Below, in pieces: positions 8,214 through 17,970 of a DNA stretch of 32,000 nt; within the stretch, counting starts at the first letter, position 1, and each line of letters begins with the position of its first letter. Source of the stretch: Thermoproteus tenax Kra 1 (GTDB taxonomy: Archaea > Thermoproteota > Thermoprotei > Thermoproteales > Thermoproteaceae). The notes below the pieces were generated by a model. It ran no database searches, had not been told where the DNA came from, and saw only the letters and a program-made list of their open reading frames with translations. The stretch spans positions 960,001-992,000 of the forward strand of contig NC_016070.1 of NCBI RefSeq assembly GCF_000253055.1, read 5' to 3'. The translations under genes and the position numbers were made by a program.

Positions 8214-9157
8214 TTGAGCTCGCCGTCCTTTACCCCGGCCCTTTGGCGGGCCGTCTTCTGTCCGGCTGGGGCTTCGAGGTAGTCAAAGTGGAGCCTCCAG
8301 GGGGAGACCCCCTCCGCTCCTACATACCCTCCCTCTTCAACGTCTTAAACGCAGGCAAATACAGCGTGGTCTTGGACCTGAGGAAGGCCGAGGATAGATC
8401 CCGCCTCTACAAGCTGGTGGAGGACGCCGACGTGGTTCTGACGAGCTTCCGGCCCAACGCCGCCGAGAGGCTCGGCGTCTCCTATAGGGCCTTGAGCTCG
8501 GTGAACCGCCGCCTAGTCTATGTGGCAGTGACTGGATACAGCGGCTCCAGCCTCCCGGGACACGACATAAACTTCGCTGCTGTCGCGGGTCTCCTCAAGG
8601 ATGGGCCTATAATACCTCAATGTGTGGACGTGGCCTCCGGGCTGGCGGCCGCCTTCGTGGCGGCGGTCGCTGTAGCGACGGGCCGGGCGGGATACTACGA
8701 GGTGCCCATGGAGGCGGCCGCCCACCTATTGAATTTGCTCAATTTTGCACAGATAAAGGACGGAGTCGCGCCCCACTTAACCGGCAGATATCCTTTCTAC
8801 AACGTCTACAAGTGTGCGGACGGCTCAGTGGCGTTGGGCGCAGTGGAGGAAAAGTTCTGGCGGCGGTTTGTTGCGCTTATAGGCCGGGAGGACCTGGGGG
8901 ACAAGATGTACGACGAGGGAACAACGGCCGAGGTACAGAGGGAGCTTGCAGGAAGGGAATGCTCCGAGCTTCTGAGGAGGGCCGCTGAGGCCGACGTTCC
9001 TCTCTCGCCCGTACGCCCTCTTACCGAGGTCGCCGCCTCAGTGGACCTCGAGGAGCTCATAGGGGTGTTCGCGCCGGCGGGAGGGCCGGCGCCCAAGTTG
9101 GGAGAACACAACCATCTGGCCGAGGACAGATGTGGAGGTCAGCCCCGACAGGAATGA
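8195..9157 (+). CDS. Family III CoA-transferase (CaiB/BaiF/Frc-like)
   Basis: YPGPLAGRLLSGWGFEVVKVEPPGGDPLR is the family III N-terminal signature. I prefer ATG 8195 (MAKRRVIELAV...) to the track's GTG 8171. It overlaps the thioesterase gene end. Confidence 0.8.
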   Translation: MAKRRVIELAVLYPGPLAGRLLSGWGFEVVKVEPPGGDPLRSYIPSLFNVLNAGKYSVVLDLRKAEDRSRLYKLVEDADVVLTSFRPNAAERLGVSYRALSSVNRRLVYVAVTGYSGSSLPGHDINFAAVAGLLKDGPIIPQCVDVASGLAAAFVAAVAVATGRAGYYEVPMEAAAHLLNLLNFAQIKDGVAPHLTGRYPFYNVYKCADGSVALGAVEEKFWRRFVALIGREDLGDKMYDEGTTAEVQRELAGRECSELLRRAAEADVPLSPVRPLTEVAASVDLEELIGVFAPAGGPAPKLGEHNHLAEDRCGGQPRQE

Positions 9158-9244
9158 CGTCACCGCTCAGTGGCGGCACACGTCATCAACTGTGATATCT
9201 AGGTAATATTCTTGAATTTTTAAAAGAGCGTTGCCCCTTATCCC

Positions 9245-10465
9245 ATGAGCCCAAAGACTATATCAATAATTGTTGTAATAATTATCGTTGCCATTGCCGC
9301 CGCGATATTCCTCACCCAACAGAGGGGCACCCCCCAGGCCGGCGCTACTACGCAGAACGCGACCTCTAAACAGATATATGTCATATATGATATAGGCGGG
9401 CGCGGCGATCTGTCGTTCAACGACATGGCCTATTTAGGCGCCTCCAAGGCCGCCCAAGATTTCGGGCTCCAGCTTGTGCAACTTCAGAGCAAGACCCAAG
9501 ACGACTACCTGCCCAATTTGAGACTGGCGGCGAAGAACAATCCACTATTGATAGTGGCCGTAGGCTTTCTGATGACCGACGCAGTTAAGGAGGCGGCCAC
9601 CGAGTTCCCGAACGCCCACTTCGTTATTATAGACGGCTTTGTCAATAAATCAAATGTCTTGTCTATACAGTTTAAGGAGAACGAGGGCAGCGCCCTGGTC
9701 GGCGCCCTCGCGGCGCTTACGGCATACTACTTCAACTGCACCAAGGTGGGCATAGTGTTGGGCATGGACATACCTGTGCTCTGGAAGTTCGAAATAGGCT
9801 ACGCCTACGGCGTGAGGTGGGCGCAACAGTATATTGCCCAGAAGTTCGGCAAAAACGTCACCTTCACTATCTATTACGTCTACACCGGCTCCTTCAACGA
9901 CCCAGCCAAGGGCAAACAAGCGGCTCAAGCCATGTTGGCCCAAGGCGTATGCGTCATATATCAAGCGGCTGGCGCCACAGGCCTAGGAGTTTTTGACGCA
10001 GTGGCTGAGGCAGGACAGAAGATGGGTCGGACAATGGGCCCGCCGTTCGCCATAGGAGTTGACGCAGATCAAGACTACATTAAGCCGGGCTTCATCTTGG
10101 CCTCTATGATGAAGCGCGTGGACGTCGCCGTCTATAAGGCGGCCCAGATGGCGGTCAACGGGCAGTTCAAGGGAGGGCTAATGTTGCTCGGTCTCAAAGA
10201 CGGCGGCGTATCGGTGAGCACGTTGGACGACCTGAACCAGTTCCTACAGTTGGGCATTCAGGCGGGCGCCGTGAAGGCGTCGGACGCCCAGAACATCATT
10301 AATAAAGTCAAGGAGATGCGCGACTCTATACCTCAGTGGATATGGCAGGCTGTGGACGAGCTTAAGGAGGAGATAATATCGGGCAAGGTGCAAGTGCCGT
10401 TGCCCACTACGAGGGACCAGCTTAACTACTATAGACAAGTCCTCGGACTGACCGGGTCCGGCTAA
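9245..10465 (+). CDS. BMP-family (PnrA/Med-like) ABC substrate-binding protein, membrane anchored
   Basis: N-terminal hydrophobic anchor ISIIVVIIIVAIAAAIFL, then YDIGGRGDLSFNDMAYLGASKAAQDFG, typical of basic-membrane-protein nucleoside/sugar binders. TATA-like aatttttaaaag lies ~25 nt upstream. Confidence 0.85.
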   Translation: MSPKTISIIVVIIIVAIAAAIFLTQQRGTPQAGATTQNATSKQIYVIYDIGGRGDLSFNDMAYLGASKAAQDFGLQLVQLQSKTQDDYLPNLRLAAKNNPLLIVAVGFLMTDAVKEAATEFPNAHFVIIDGFVNKSNVLSIQFKENEGSALVGALAALTAYYFNCTKVGIVLGMDIPVLWKFEIGYAYGVRWAQQYIAQKFGKNVTFTIYYVYTGSFNDPAKGKQAAQAMLAQGVCVIYQAAGATGLGVFDAVAEAGQKMGRTMGPPFAIGVDADQDYIKPGFILASMMKRVDVAVYKAAQMAVNGQFKGGLMLLGLKDGGVSVSTLDDLNQFLQLGIQAGAVKASDAQNIINKVKEMRDSIPQWIWQAVDELKEEIISGKVQVPLPTTRDQLNYYRQVLGLTGSG

Positions 10466-11899
10466 ATGATATCTCTCAAGGAAATACACAAAATTTTTCC
10501 AGACGGCACGCACGCCCTCAAGGGCGTCTCCCTCGATCTGAGGCCGGGGGAGGTCTTGGCCCTATTGGGCGAGAATGGCGCTGGCAAGACCACGTTGATG
10601 AAGATTTTGTCGGGCATCTATGAGCCGACCGCAGGCGTCATCGAGATCGGCGGGAGAGCCATCAGGTTCAAAAGCGCCAGAGACGCCCTCAATATGGGCA
10701 TAGCTATGGTGCATCAACACCTCTCCCTAATCGACGAGCTTACGCCCCTAGAGAACGTGGCACTATATATGGGGCCCTCTCTGCGGGGCATCGATAAGAA
10801 TCTCGAGCGAGGGGTGAGGGCAATAGCCGAGTCTCTCGGCTTCGAGATAGACTGGGCAAGGCCGGTGGGAGAGCTCCCGCTAGGAGTTAGACAGAGGATC
10901 GAGATAGTCAAGGCGCTCTATCTGGGCGCCCGCGTGCTGATATTGGACGAGCCTACGTCGTTGCTCTCTCCGCCTGAGGTGAAACAGTTGATTGATACAG
11001 TCAAGACGCTGAGGTCCCAGGGGAGGACTATCGTCTTCATAACGCACAAAATCCCAGAGGCGCTGGCGGTGGCCGATAGAGTCGTCGTCCTACGGCGCGG
11101 GGAGAAGGTCGGGGAATACTCGCCCGACACTAGCCCGGAGACGCTTGTAGAGGCAATGGTCGGTAGAAGATATGCGTGGGCGTTGGAGAGATCGGGCGGC
11201 CCCGGCGATGTGGTGCTCTCGGTCGAGGACCTCTGGGTTTACGAGAGGGGACGGCCCCTACTGCAGGGCGTGTCTCTCTCGGTCCGGAGACAGGAGATCC
11301 ATGCCTTGGTCGGAGTAGAGGGGAATGGGCAGGAGACCCTTGTTGATGTCATTGTCGGCTTGAGAGAGCCGGCGCGGGGGGAGATCAGACTCCGCGGAAA
11401 GCTAGCGTACATACCCGAGGACCGGCACGGCAGAGCTCTCGCCCTGGAGCTCCCCTTGGTTCACAACGCAGTCCTGGGCCTACACAAGAAGTTCTCACGG
11501 AGGGGTCTCTTCGACTGGAGGGGGGCCCGCGGCTTCGCCTCGAAGCTCATAGAGGAGTTCTCCATAGTTGCGCCGGGGCCAGACGCGGTAGCGAAATCGC
11601 TATCGGGAGGCAATCAGCAGAAGCTAGTTGTGGGGAGGGAGCTCAGCAAGGGGGCCGACTTAATAGTGGCGCATCAGCCGACGCGCGGTCTCGACGTAAT
11701 GACCACCGACTACGTACATAAGTTGCTCATGGACGCGAGGAACGCCGGCTCCGGCGTTCTGTTGATAAGCAGCGACTTGGACGAGGCCTTGAAGCTCGCC
11801 GATAGGGTGTCTGTGATATATAGGGGGCGGATCGTCTTAACAAAGCCGCTGGGCGAGACCTCAGTGGACGAAATAGGCAGAGCTATGGCCGGGCTATGA
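10466..11899 (+). CDS. ABC transporter ATP-binding protein, tandem ABC domains
   Basis: Walker A GENGAGKTT (10568-10594), LSGGNQQK signature in the second half, degenerate second P-loop GVEGNGQ (RbsA/nucleoside-type). Starts 1 nt after the SBP stop. Confidence 0.9.
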   Translation: MISLKEIHKIFPDGTHALKGVSLDLRPGEVLALLGENGAGKTTLMKILSGIYEPTAGVIEIGGRAIRFKSARDALNMGIAMVHQHLSLIDELTPLENVALYMGPSLRGIDKNLERGVRAIAESLGFEIDWARPVGELPLGVRQRIEIVKALYLGARVLILDEPTSLLSPPEVKQLIDTVKTLRSQGRTIVFITHKIPEALAVADRVVVLRRGEKVGEYSPDTSPETLVEAMVGRRYAWALERSGGPGDVVLSVEDLWVYERGRPLLQGVSLSVRRQEIHALVGVEGNGQETLVDVIVGLREPARGEIRLRGKLAYIPEDRHGRALALELPLVHNAVLGLHKKFSRRGLFDWRGARGFASKLIEEFSIVAPGPDAVAKSLSGGNQQKLVVGRELSKGADLIVAHQPTRGLDVMTTDYVHKLLMDARNAGSGVLLISSDLDEALKLADRVSVIYRGRIVLTKPLGETSVDEIGRAMAGL

Positions 11900-12906
11900 G
11901 GGGCTTTCTAGACTCTCTGCTCTCCTTCGCCGTAGCCATAGCTGTGGGGGCCGCGGTCGTCTACGCCTCAGGGTACAGCCCCCTTTTGACGTATTACTCA
12001 ATGTTTGTGGTGCCGTTCACCGACGTGGTCTACATCACCTCCGCTCTGGCTGCTGCCACTCCCATAATACTGACAGGTCTGACGTTCGCTCTGGGGCTGA
12101 AGGCCGGCCTCTTCAACATAGGAGGAGAGGGGCAGGCCTATATGGGGGCGCTCGGGGCCGTCATTGCGTCTTACTTCTTCGCCGGTCTGCTTGCGCTCCC
12201 TCTCTCCTTTATCATCGGGATAGGGCTCGCCGTGTTGTGGGCCCTCGTGCCGGCCCTCTTGAGGACGACCAGAGGCGTCAACGAGGTCGTCAGCACCATA
12301 ATGATGAACTGGATAGCGTACTGGTTGACCATCATGGAGGCCTCTACGACTTTTTCTAACCCCATGCAGCCCTCGGAGACTATCAAGACGCCGCCGCAAG
12401 CCAGACTGACGCCTCTGCTGCCTGACACCAGTTTGACCGCAAGCTTCTTCATAGCCGTCGCTGCCGCGCTCCTCGTCCACTGGATGTTGGAGAGGTCGGT
12501 AGTAGGCTATGAGTTATCGGTGGCGGGGGCTAATCCGACGGCCGCCCGAGTGGCGGGGATACCTCAATCTAGGGTGATACTCTACTCCTTCGCATTGGGG
12601 GGAGTGACCTCGGGCATGGCGGGAGTCCTACAAGTGGTCGCGATGCCGCCGTCCTACAGTCTAGCCACCAACTTGGCCAACGTGTACGGCTTGGGGTTTG
12701 ACGGAATAACCGCCGCCATGTTGGGCAGAGGGAGCCCGCTGGGCACTTTGGCCGCAGCGCTCTTCTTGGGTCTGATGGAGGAGGGCGCGAGACATATGCA
12801 AGCTATCGCGTTGACTCCCTTCGAATTTGTGAAAATGCTCCAAGGCATTATGATATTGGTCATAGCGATCAGGATGTTGGAGGTATGGCGTGGGAGGCGG
12901 CGCTGA
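11896..12906 (+). CDS. ABC transporter permease (BMP-system, 336 aa)
   Basis: Polytopic hydrophobic protein with FNIGGEGQ motif. ATGA-type overlap with the ATPase gene. Confidence 0.85.
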   Translation: MRGFLDSLLSFAVAIAVGAAVVYASGYSPLLTYYSMFVVPFTDVVYITSALAAATPIILTGLTFALGLKAGLFNIGGEGQAYMGALGAVIASYFFAGLLALPLSFIIGIGLAVLWALVPALLRTTRGVNEVVSTIMMNWIAYWLTIMEASTTFSNPMQPSETIKTPPQARLTPLLPDTSLTASFFIAVAAALLVHWMLERSVVGYELSVAGANPTAARVAGIPQSRVILYSFALGGVTSGMAGVLQVVAMPPSYSLATNLANVYGLGFDGITAAMLGRGSPLGTLAAALFLGLMEEGARHMQAIALTPFEFVKMLQGIMILVIAIRMLEVWRGRRR

Positions 12907-13754
12907 TACTGCTCACTCAGACAATACACGCGGCTGTGCCGATATTGTTAGCCGCCGTAGGGGAGATATTGGCCGAGAGAAGCGGCGTGGTCAACATAGG
13001 TCTGGAGGGGCTCATGCTCATAGGAGCATTCGTGGGAGTTCTAGTGGGGGACGTAACAAGCTCAGGCCTGTTGGGCATCTTGGCGGCGTGTGCGGTCGGC
13101 CTCGCCCTCGGCCTCCTCCACGGCGCTATCGCGGTGTACCTCAGAGGGGATCAGATCGTGGCCGGCGTTGCCATGAACTTATTTGCAGCGGGCCTCGTGG
13201 CCTACGGCATACAAGCGGTCTGGCACGTGGCTGGCTACAAACAGACGCCCCAGTGGGCCCTCGTGGATCCCAACGTGTTCACCGCCCTCGCCTTCGCCAT
13301 CTCCTTTATAGTTTGGTATATATTGAACAAGACGAGACTCGGCATAATTATAAGGGCTGTCGGAGAGGATCCGGAGGCGGCGTACAGCGCCGGCATAGAC
13401 GTCTTTAAGGTCAGACTGATCGCGACAGCCGTCGGAGCCGCTCTGGCGAGCCTCGGAGGCGCCTATCTGAGCCAGGCCTACCTATCGGTCGTCACCAAAG
13501 ATATATCGGCCGGCAGAGGCTTCATAGCGCTAGCCGACGTCGTGTTCGCCAATTGGAACCCGTTGTTGGCTGTGGCAGGCTCGTTGATATTTGGGTTCTT
13601 CGATGCGTTCTCCTACTGGCTACAACTCTACGGATTCGTGAGATATGAGGTCACGCGCATGATGCCCTATATTGCGACCTTGTTGGTCGTCGCAGGAGTA
13701 ATAGGCAAGGCAAGGCCGCCTAGAGCCTTGGGGAAGCCCTTCAAAAAGGAATGA
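12885..13754 (+). CDS. ABC transporter permease (BMP-system, 289 aa)
   Basis: Polytopic protein with VNIGLEGLMLIGAF motif, paralogous to the preceding permease. 22-nt overlap with it. Confidence 0.85.
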   Translation: MAWEAALILLTQTIHAAVPILLAAVGEILAERSGVVNIGLEGLMLIGAFVGVLVGDVTSSGLLGILAACAVGLALGLLHGAIAVYLRGDQIVAGVAMNLFAAGLVAYGIQAVWHVAGYKQTPQWALVDPNVFTALAFAISFIVWYILNKTRLGIIIRAVGEDPEAAYSAGIDVFKVRLIATAVGAALASLGGAYLSQAYLSVVTKDISAGRGFIALADVVFANWNPLLAVAGSLIFGFFDAFSYWLQLYGFVRYEVTRMMPYIATLLVVAGVIGKARPPRALGKPFKKE

Positions 13755-13766
13755 CCTACTCTCCGC

Positions 13767-15050
13767 CTAAAGGGCGGAGCCTGCGGCTGCAAGCTCTTTA
13801 TTTTTAGTCTCCGGCAGAGCCAACAGGGCTGAGACAAACGCTACTGCGACTACTATGTACGTGTACCACAGGCCCGCGAGCGGATTATTGAACGCGATGC
13901 TCATGGCCTGCATTATCGACGGCGTAAAGCCTCCGAAGAAGCCCAAGCCCAAGTTGAACGCCACAGACATCCCGGTGTATCTCACCCTAGTGGGGAAAAG
14001 CTCGGCCAACGCCGTGCCCAACACGCCGAAAGTGAAAGCCGTCGCCCCGATCATGACGAACACCAGCGCCGACGCCAGAGCTACATCCCTCGTATAGCCC
14101 AGGGCGTAGTATATGGGGTAGTATGTGGCAAGCCCCATCGCGAGGCCTACAAGATATACGCCCCTCCTGCCCCATCTGTCCCCGAGCCATGCGGCGAAGA
14201 TGTAGAGGGGCAGTTGCGCCAACGAGGCGGCGCCGACTATCAAGTTGCTCTCCACGGGCGACCACTTGGGGACTGACGTCAGATAGGTGAATATGTAGCC
14301 CGTCGACGTGTAGGCCAACACGCCGTGGCCCGCGGCAATGACAAGGCCCAACAATATCCATTTCCAGTGTCTGGCGAAGGCCTCGGCGAGGGGCACGCCG
14401 GATATATCGCCGCTGTTCTTTATGGCTTGGAATAGGGGCGTCTCGGCGAGCTTAAGTCTGAAGTATAGGCCCAAGACCGTCAGAACTATTGCCAGAAGGA
14501 AGGGCACTCTCCACCCCCATGCGGCGAAGTCGGACTTAGGAAGGAGGAGGGACGACAAAACCACTGTGAACGACGAGAGGCCGAGGCCGAGAGGCGGTGT
14601 AGCCGAGAGGAAGCCGGCGTAATAGGCCCTCTTGCCGCTGGGGGCGTGCTCCACGACGTAGGTCACAGCTCCGCCGTACTCTCCCCCGAGCGCGACGCCT
14701 TGTATCATCCTCAGAGCTGTGAGGAGGGCGGGGGCCGCCAAGCCGATCTGGTCGTAGGTGGGCACAAGCCCTATAGCCGTCGTGGCCAGACCCATGGTCA
14801 GAAGGGTGGCCAAGAAAGTGGTCTTTCTCCCGATTCTGTCGCCCAAGTGGCCGAACAGCGCTGCTCCGACCGGTCTGACGACGAAGCCTGTGGCGAACAC
14901 TAGCCAAGTGAACAGCAGCGCGGCCGCTTGATCGCTCTTCGGGAAAAACGTGGCGGCAATAAAGGGAGTCAGAGATGCGAACGCAAAAAAGTCGTACCAC
15001 TCTATCAACGTCCCTATGGTCGACGCCGTAACTATAAACCTTATAGACAT
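13767..15050 (-). CDS. MFS transporter, metabolite:H+ symporter (ProP/KgtP/ShiA-like) family
   Basis: About 12 hydrophobic segments. FGHLGDRIGRKTTFLATLLTMG loop 2-3 motif and N-terminal WYDFFAF are typical of the MHS family. Confidence 0.85.
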   Translation of the reverse strand: MSIRFIVTASTIGTLIEWYDFFAFASLTPFIAATFFPKSDQAAALLFTWLVFATGFVVRPVGAALFGHLGDRIGRKTTFLATLLTMGLATTAIGLVPTYDQIGLAAPALLTALRMIQGVALGGEYGGAVTYVVEHAPSGKRAYYAGFLSATPPLGLGLSSFTVVLSSLLLPKSDFAAWGWRVPFLLAIVLTVLGLYFRLKLAETPLFQAIKNSGDISGVPLAEAFARHWKWILLGLVIAAGHGVLAYTSTGYIFTYLTSVPKWSPVESNLIVGAASLAQLPLYIFAAWLGDRWGRRGVYLVGLAMGLATYYPIYYALGYTRDVALASALVFVMIGATAFTFGVLGTALAELFPTRVRYTGMSVAFNLGLGFFGGFTPSIMQAMSIAFNNPLAGLWYTYIVVAVAFVSALLALPETKNKELAAAGSAL

Positions 15051-15260
15051 AATATAGGCTGGAGACTGGTATATATATGTTGGCCGACCCCGGGACGGCC
15101 AGAAGCTCCGCCTTGCTCCTCAGCGCCTTCAATCGGCTTGGGGACGCTCAGCCTGAGGCGCATATTTTGCGCGACTGAAAAGGGGACTCCGCTACGCCTC
15201 GCCGCGATGTCCGCAAATTTTGCGCGATCAGTTTATCTCCTCAATGCCCAGTTCTGGCAC

Positions 15261-16490
15261 ATGCGCGCGTCTGAAGCGAAGTTAATAACGTCGGCCGGCA
15301 TAGGCTGGATGTTCGACGCCATGGACGTGTTATTGTTGTCCTATATATTGGTGGCCGCCGCGGGCGAGCTCGGCATGGGCGTCGGCGAGAAGGGCGCAGT
15401 GATCCTCTTGAACAACTTGGGCATGTTGGCAGGCGCCTTCCTTTTTGGAAGGCTGGCCGACCTCTACGGCAGAAAGCCCATCTTTATGGCGACGTTGATC
15501 TTGTACAGCATAGGCACCGCTCTGACAGCTCTGGCGCCCGACTGGCAATTTTTGGCGGCCGTCCGTTTTCTGACGGGCTTGGGGCTCGGCGGCGAGCTGC
15601 CGGTGGCCGCCTCTCTAGTTTCCGAGCTCTCCTCTGAGGTCCACAGGGGCAGAAACGTGGTGCTCCTCGAGAGCTTCTGGTCTCTGGGCTCTATAGTCGC
15701 AGCGGCCGTCGCAGCCTTCGTATTCCCCGCCTACGGCTGGCGTATCCCCCTAGCGTTGCTCTCAGCTACAGCGCTCTACGCCCTCTACCTCAGGAGGTCT
15801 GTGCCTGAGTCTCCTCTCTGGCTATACTATAGAGATCCCAAGGGCGCTCAGGCGGTTGCTCAGATGTACGGAATCACAGTGGGGCCCGCGCCGAGGCACA
15901 AACTCGGCGAGCTACTCTCTGAGTACCGAAGGCAGACCCTAGTGTTGTTGGCCCTATGGCTCCTCCTGGCCTTTGGGTACTACGGCGTCTTCCTCTGGTT
16001 GCCCACGATGATAGTGAGGAGAGGATACAGCATAGTTGCCACCTTTGAGTACTCCTTTTTGATGTCTCTGGCGCAGCTCCCCGGCTATTTCACAGCCGCC
16101 TATCTGATAGACAGATTGGGGAGGAGGAAGAGCATTTCCCTCTTCTTCTTGGGATCGGCGCTATCGGCGTTGGCCTTCGCCTCAGCGCCCTCGACGTCCG
16201 CTCTGATAGCCTCAGGGGTGGCTCTTAACTTCTTCAACTTAGGCGCGTGGGGCCTCATATATGCCTATACGCCCGAATCTTATCCAACCGATCTAAGGGC
16301 CACTGGAATGGGCGCCGGCGGAGCAGCGGCGCGCGTGGGGATGATAATTGGTCCGCTGATCCCCGCTCTAGTTGGATACGATCCAGCTCTGTTCATCTTC
16401 TCTATATCTTGGATAATAAGCGCAATCATAATAATATTTGGAAAAGAAACAAAAATAAAAAATAAAAATGTAATAAAAACAATTTTTTAA
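15261..16490 (+). CDS. MFS transporter (sugar-porter/NiaP-like)
   Basis: GWMFDAMDV, FGRLADLYGRKPIF and PESPLWL motifs. The track ORF (14928) extends upstream over the divergent MFS gene and is not credible. ATG 15261 or ATG 15207 are the plausible starts. The AT-rich tail codes for ...KETKIKNKNVIKTIF. Confidence 0.8.
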   Translation: MRASEAKLITSAGIGWMFDAMDVLLLSYILVAAAGELGMGVGEKGAVILLNNLGMLAGAFLFGRLADLYGRKPIFMATLILYSIGTALTALAPDWQFLAAVRFLTGLGLGGELPVAASLVSELSSEVHRGRNVVLLESFWSLGSIVAAAVAAFVFPAYGWRIPLALLSATALYALYLRRSVPESPLWLYYRDPKGAQAVAQMYGITVGPAPRHKLGELLSEYRRQTLVLLALWLLLAFGYYGVFLWLPTMIVRRGYSIVATFEYSFLMSLAQLPGYFTAAYLIDRLGRRKSISLFFLGSALSALAFASAPSTSALIASGVALNFFNLGAWGLIYAYTPESYPTDLRATGMGAGGAAARVGMIIGPLIPALVGYDPALFIFSISWIISAIIIIFGKETKIKNKNVIKTIF

Positions 16491-16672
16491 TGCTCTGACT
16501 TTTATCGATTAGAGAATTTAGCTGTGTGCATTGTGATATTATATCAAGGGAGGTAAATTTATTCGGCGGGAACCAAAATCTCAATAGCTCTATCTACAAA
16601 ATATAATCTATTTATTTGAATATAGACATTATGTAAATAAAAGCTTATAAGTATCTAAAAAACAGATTCAAT

Positions 16673-17950
16673 ATGGCAGTAGGCCAAATAAACGCGTTCC
16701 TCGGCAACACGCTCTACCTCCTCCGTCGAAGTATAGAGATGGGCGGTTTCCCTGAGGAGCTCTACGAGATCCTCTCCCATCCAAAGAGGATCCTCACTGT
16801 ATATATCCCCGTTAGGATGGACAACGGCAAGATAGTTGTCTTCGAGGGCTACCGCGTCCAACACAACGACGCGCTCGGCCCCTACAAGGGCGGCATAAGG
16901 TTCCACCCCGAGGTGACCCTCGCCGACGACATAGCCCTGGCCACCCTCATGACCCTCAAGAACAGCCTGGCCGGCATACCCTACGGCGGAGCCAAAGGCG
17001 CCGTTAGGGTCGACCCCAAGAGGCTGTCCCAGAGGGAGCTCGAGGAGCTCAGCCGGGGCTACGCGAGGGCCGTGGCGCCGCTCATAGGCGACGTGGTGGA
17101 CATACCTGCGCCCGACGTCGGGACCAACTCGCAGATAATGGCGTGGATGGTGGACGAGCTGTCCAAGATCAAGGGCTACAACGTGCCCGGGGCCTTCACG
17201 GCCAAGCCGCCCGAGCTCTGGGGCAACCCTGTGAGGGAGTACTCGACCGGGCTCGGCGTGGCGGTAAGTGCGGTCGGCATAGCCAAGATACTCTGGGGAT
17301 CCGCCGAAGGGAAAACCGTCGCTGTCCAGGGCTTGGGCAACGTGGGAAGGTGGGCGGCATACTGGCTCGAGAGAATGGGGCTGAAGGTTGTGGCAGTGTC
17401 TGAGATCAACGGCACATTATATAAAAAAGACGGGCTCTCAGTCGCCGAGTTTGTGGAGAAGGGGAGGACGTTGAGGGGGCCTGACCTACTGAACGAGCTC
17501 TCTAAACACAACGGCGTAGCGCCTCTCCCAGACTCCAACGCGATATTCGGCGTAGATGCAGATATATTAGTTCCGGCAGCCATGGAGAACGTCATCACTG
17601 AGGAGAACGTCGGAAGGGTGAAGGCCAAGGTGATAGTCGAGGGGGCCAACGGCCCGACCACCCCCGAGGCTGAGGCGGAGCTCTACAGAAGGGGCGCCGT
17701 CGTTGTCCCGGACATATTGGCCAACGCAGGGGGCGTGGTCATGTCCTATCTGGAGTGGGTCGAGAACCTGTCGTGGAGCTTCTGGGACGAGGAGGAGACG
17801 AGGAGGAGGCTCGAGAGGATAATGACGGAGAACATGAAGAGGATCTATCAGAGGTGGATCCAAGAGAAGGGCTGGACTATGAGGGACGCGGCGCTGGTGA
17901 TAGCCGTGGAGAGGGTATACAAGGCGATGAAGGCGAGGGGCTGGATTTAA
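16673..17950 (+). CDS. gdhA: Glutamate dehydrogenase (425 aa)
   Basis: [21 protein letters not shown] (catalytic Lys region) and dinucleotide fold [16 protein letters not shown]-like cttataagta lies ~25 nt upstream of the ATG. Confidence 0.9.
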   Translation: MAVGQINAFLGNTLYLLRRSIEMGGFPEELYEILSHPKRILTVYIPVRMDNGKIVVFEGYRVQHNDALGPYKGGIRFHPEVTLADDIALATLMTLKNSLAGIPYGGAKGAVRVDPKRLSQRELEELSRGYARAVAPLIGDVVDIPAPDVGTNSQIMAWMVDELSKIKGYNVPGAFTAKPPELWGNPVREYSTGLGVAVSAVGIAKILWGSAEGKTVAVQGLGNVGRWAAYWLERMGLKVVAVSEINGTLYKKDGLSVAEFVEKGRTLRGPDLLNELSKHNGVAPLPDSNAIFGVDADILVPAAMENVITEENVGRVKAKVIVEGANGPTTPEAEAELYRRGAVVVPDILANAGGVVMSYLEWVENLSWSFWDEEETRRRLERIMTENMKRIYQRWIQEKGWTMRDAALVIAVERVYKAMKARGWI

Positions 17951-17970
17951 ATTGTAAACGGTTTTTCTAC

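Noticed and set aside
14928-15260. The 520-aa version of the second MFS gene starting at 14928.
   Set aside because: The first ~95-110 codons overlap the divergent MFS gene and its promoter. They encode an Arg/Pro/Gly-rich non-membrane sequence. MFS homology begins near MRASEAKLITSAGIGWMFDAMD.
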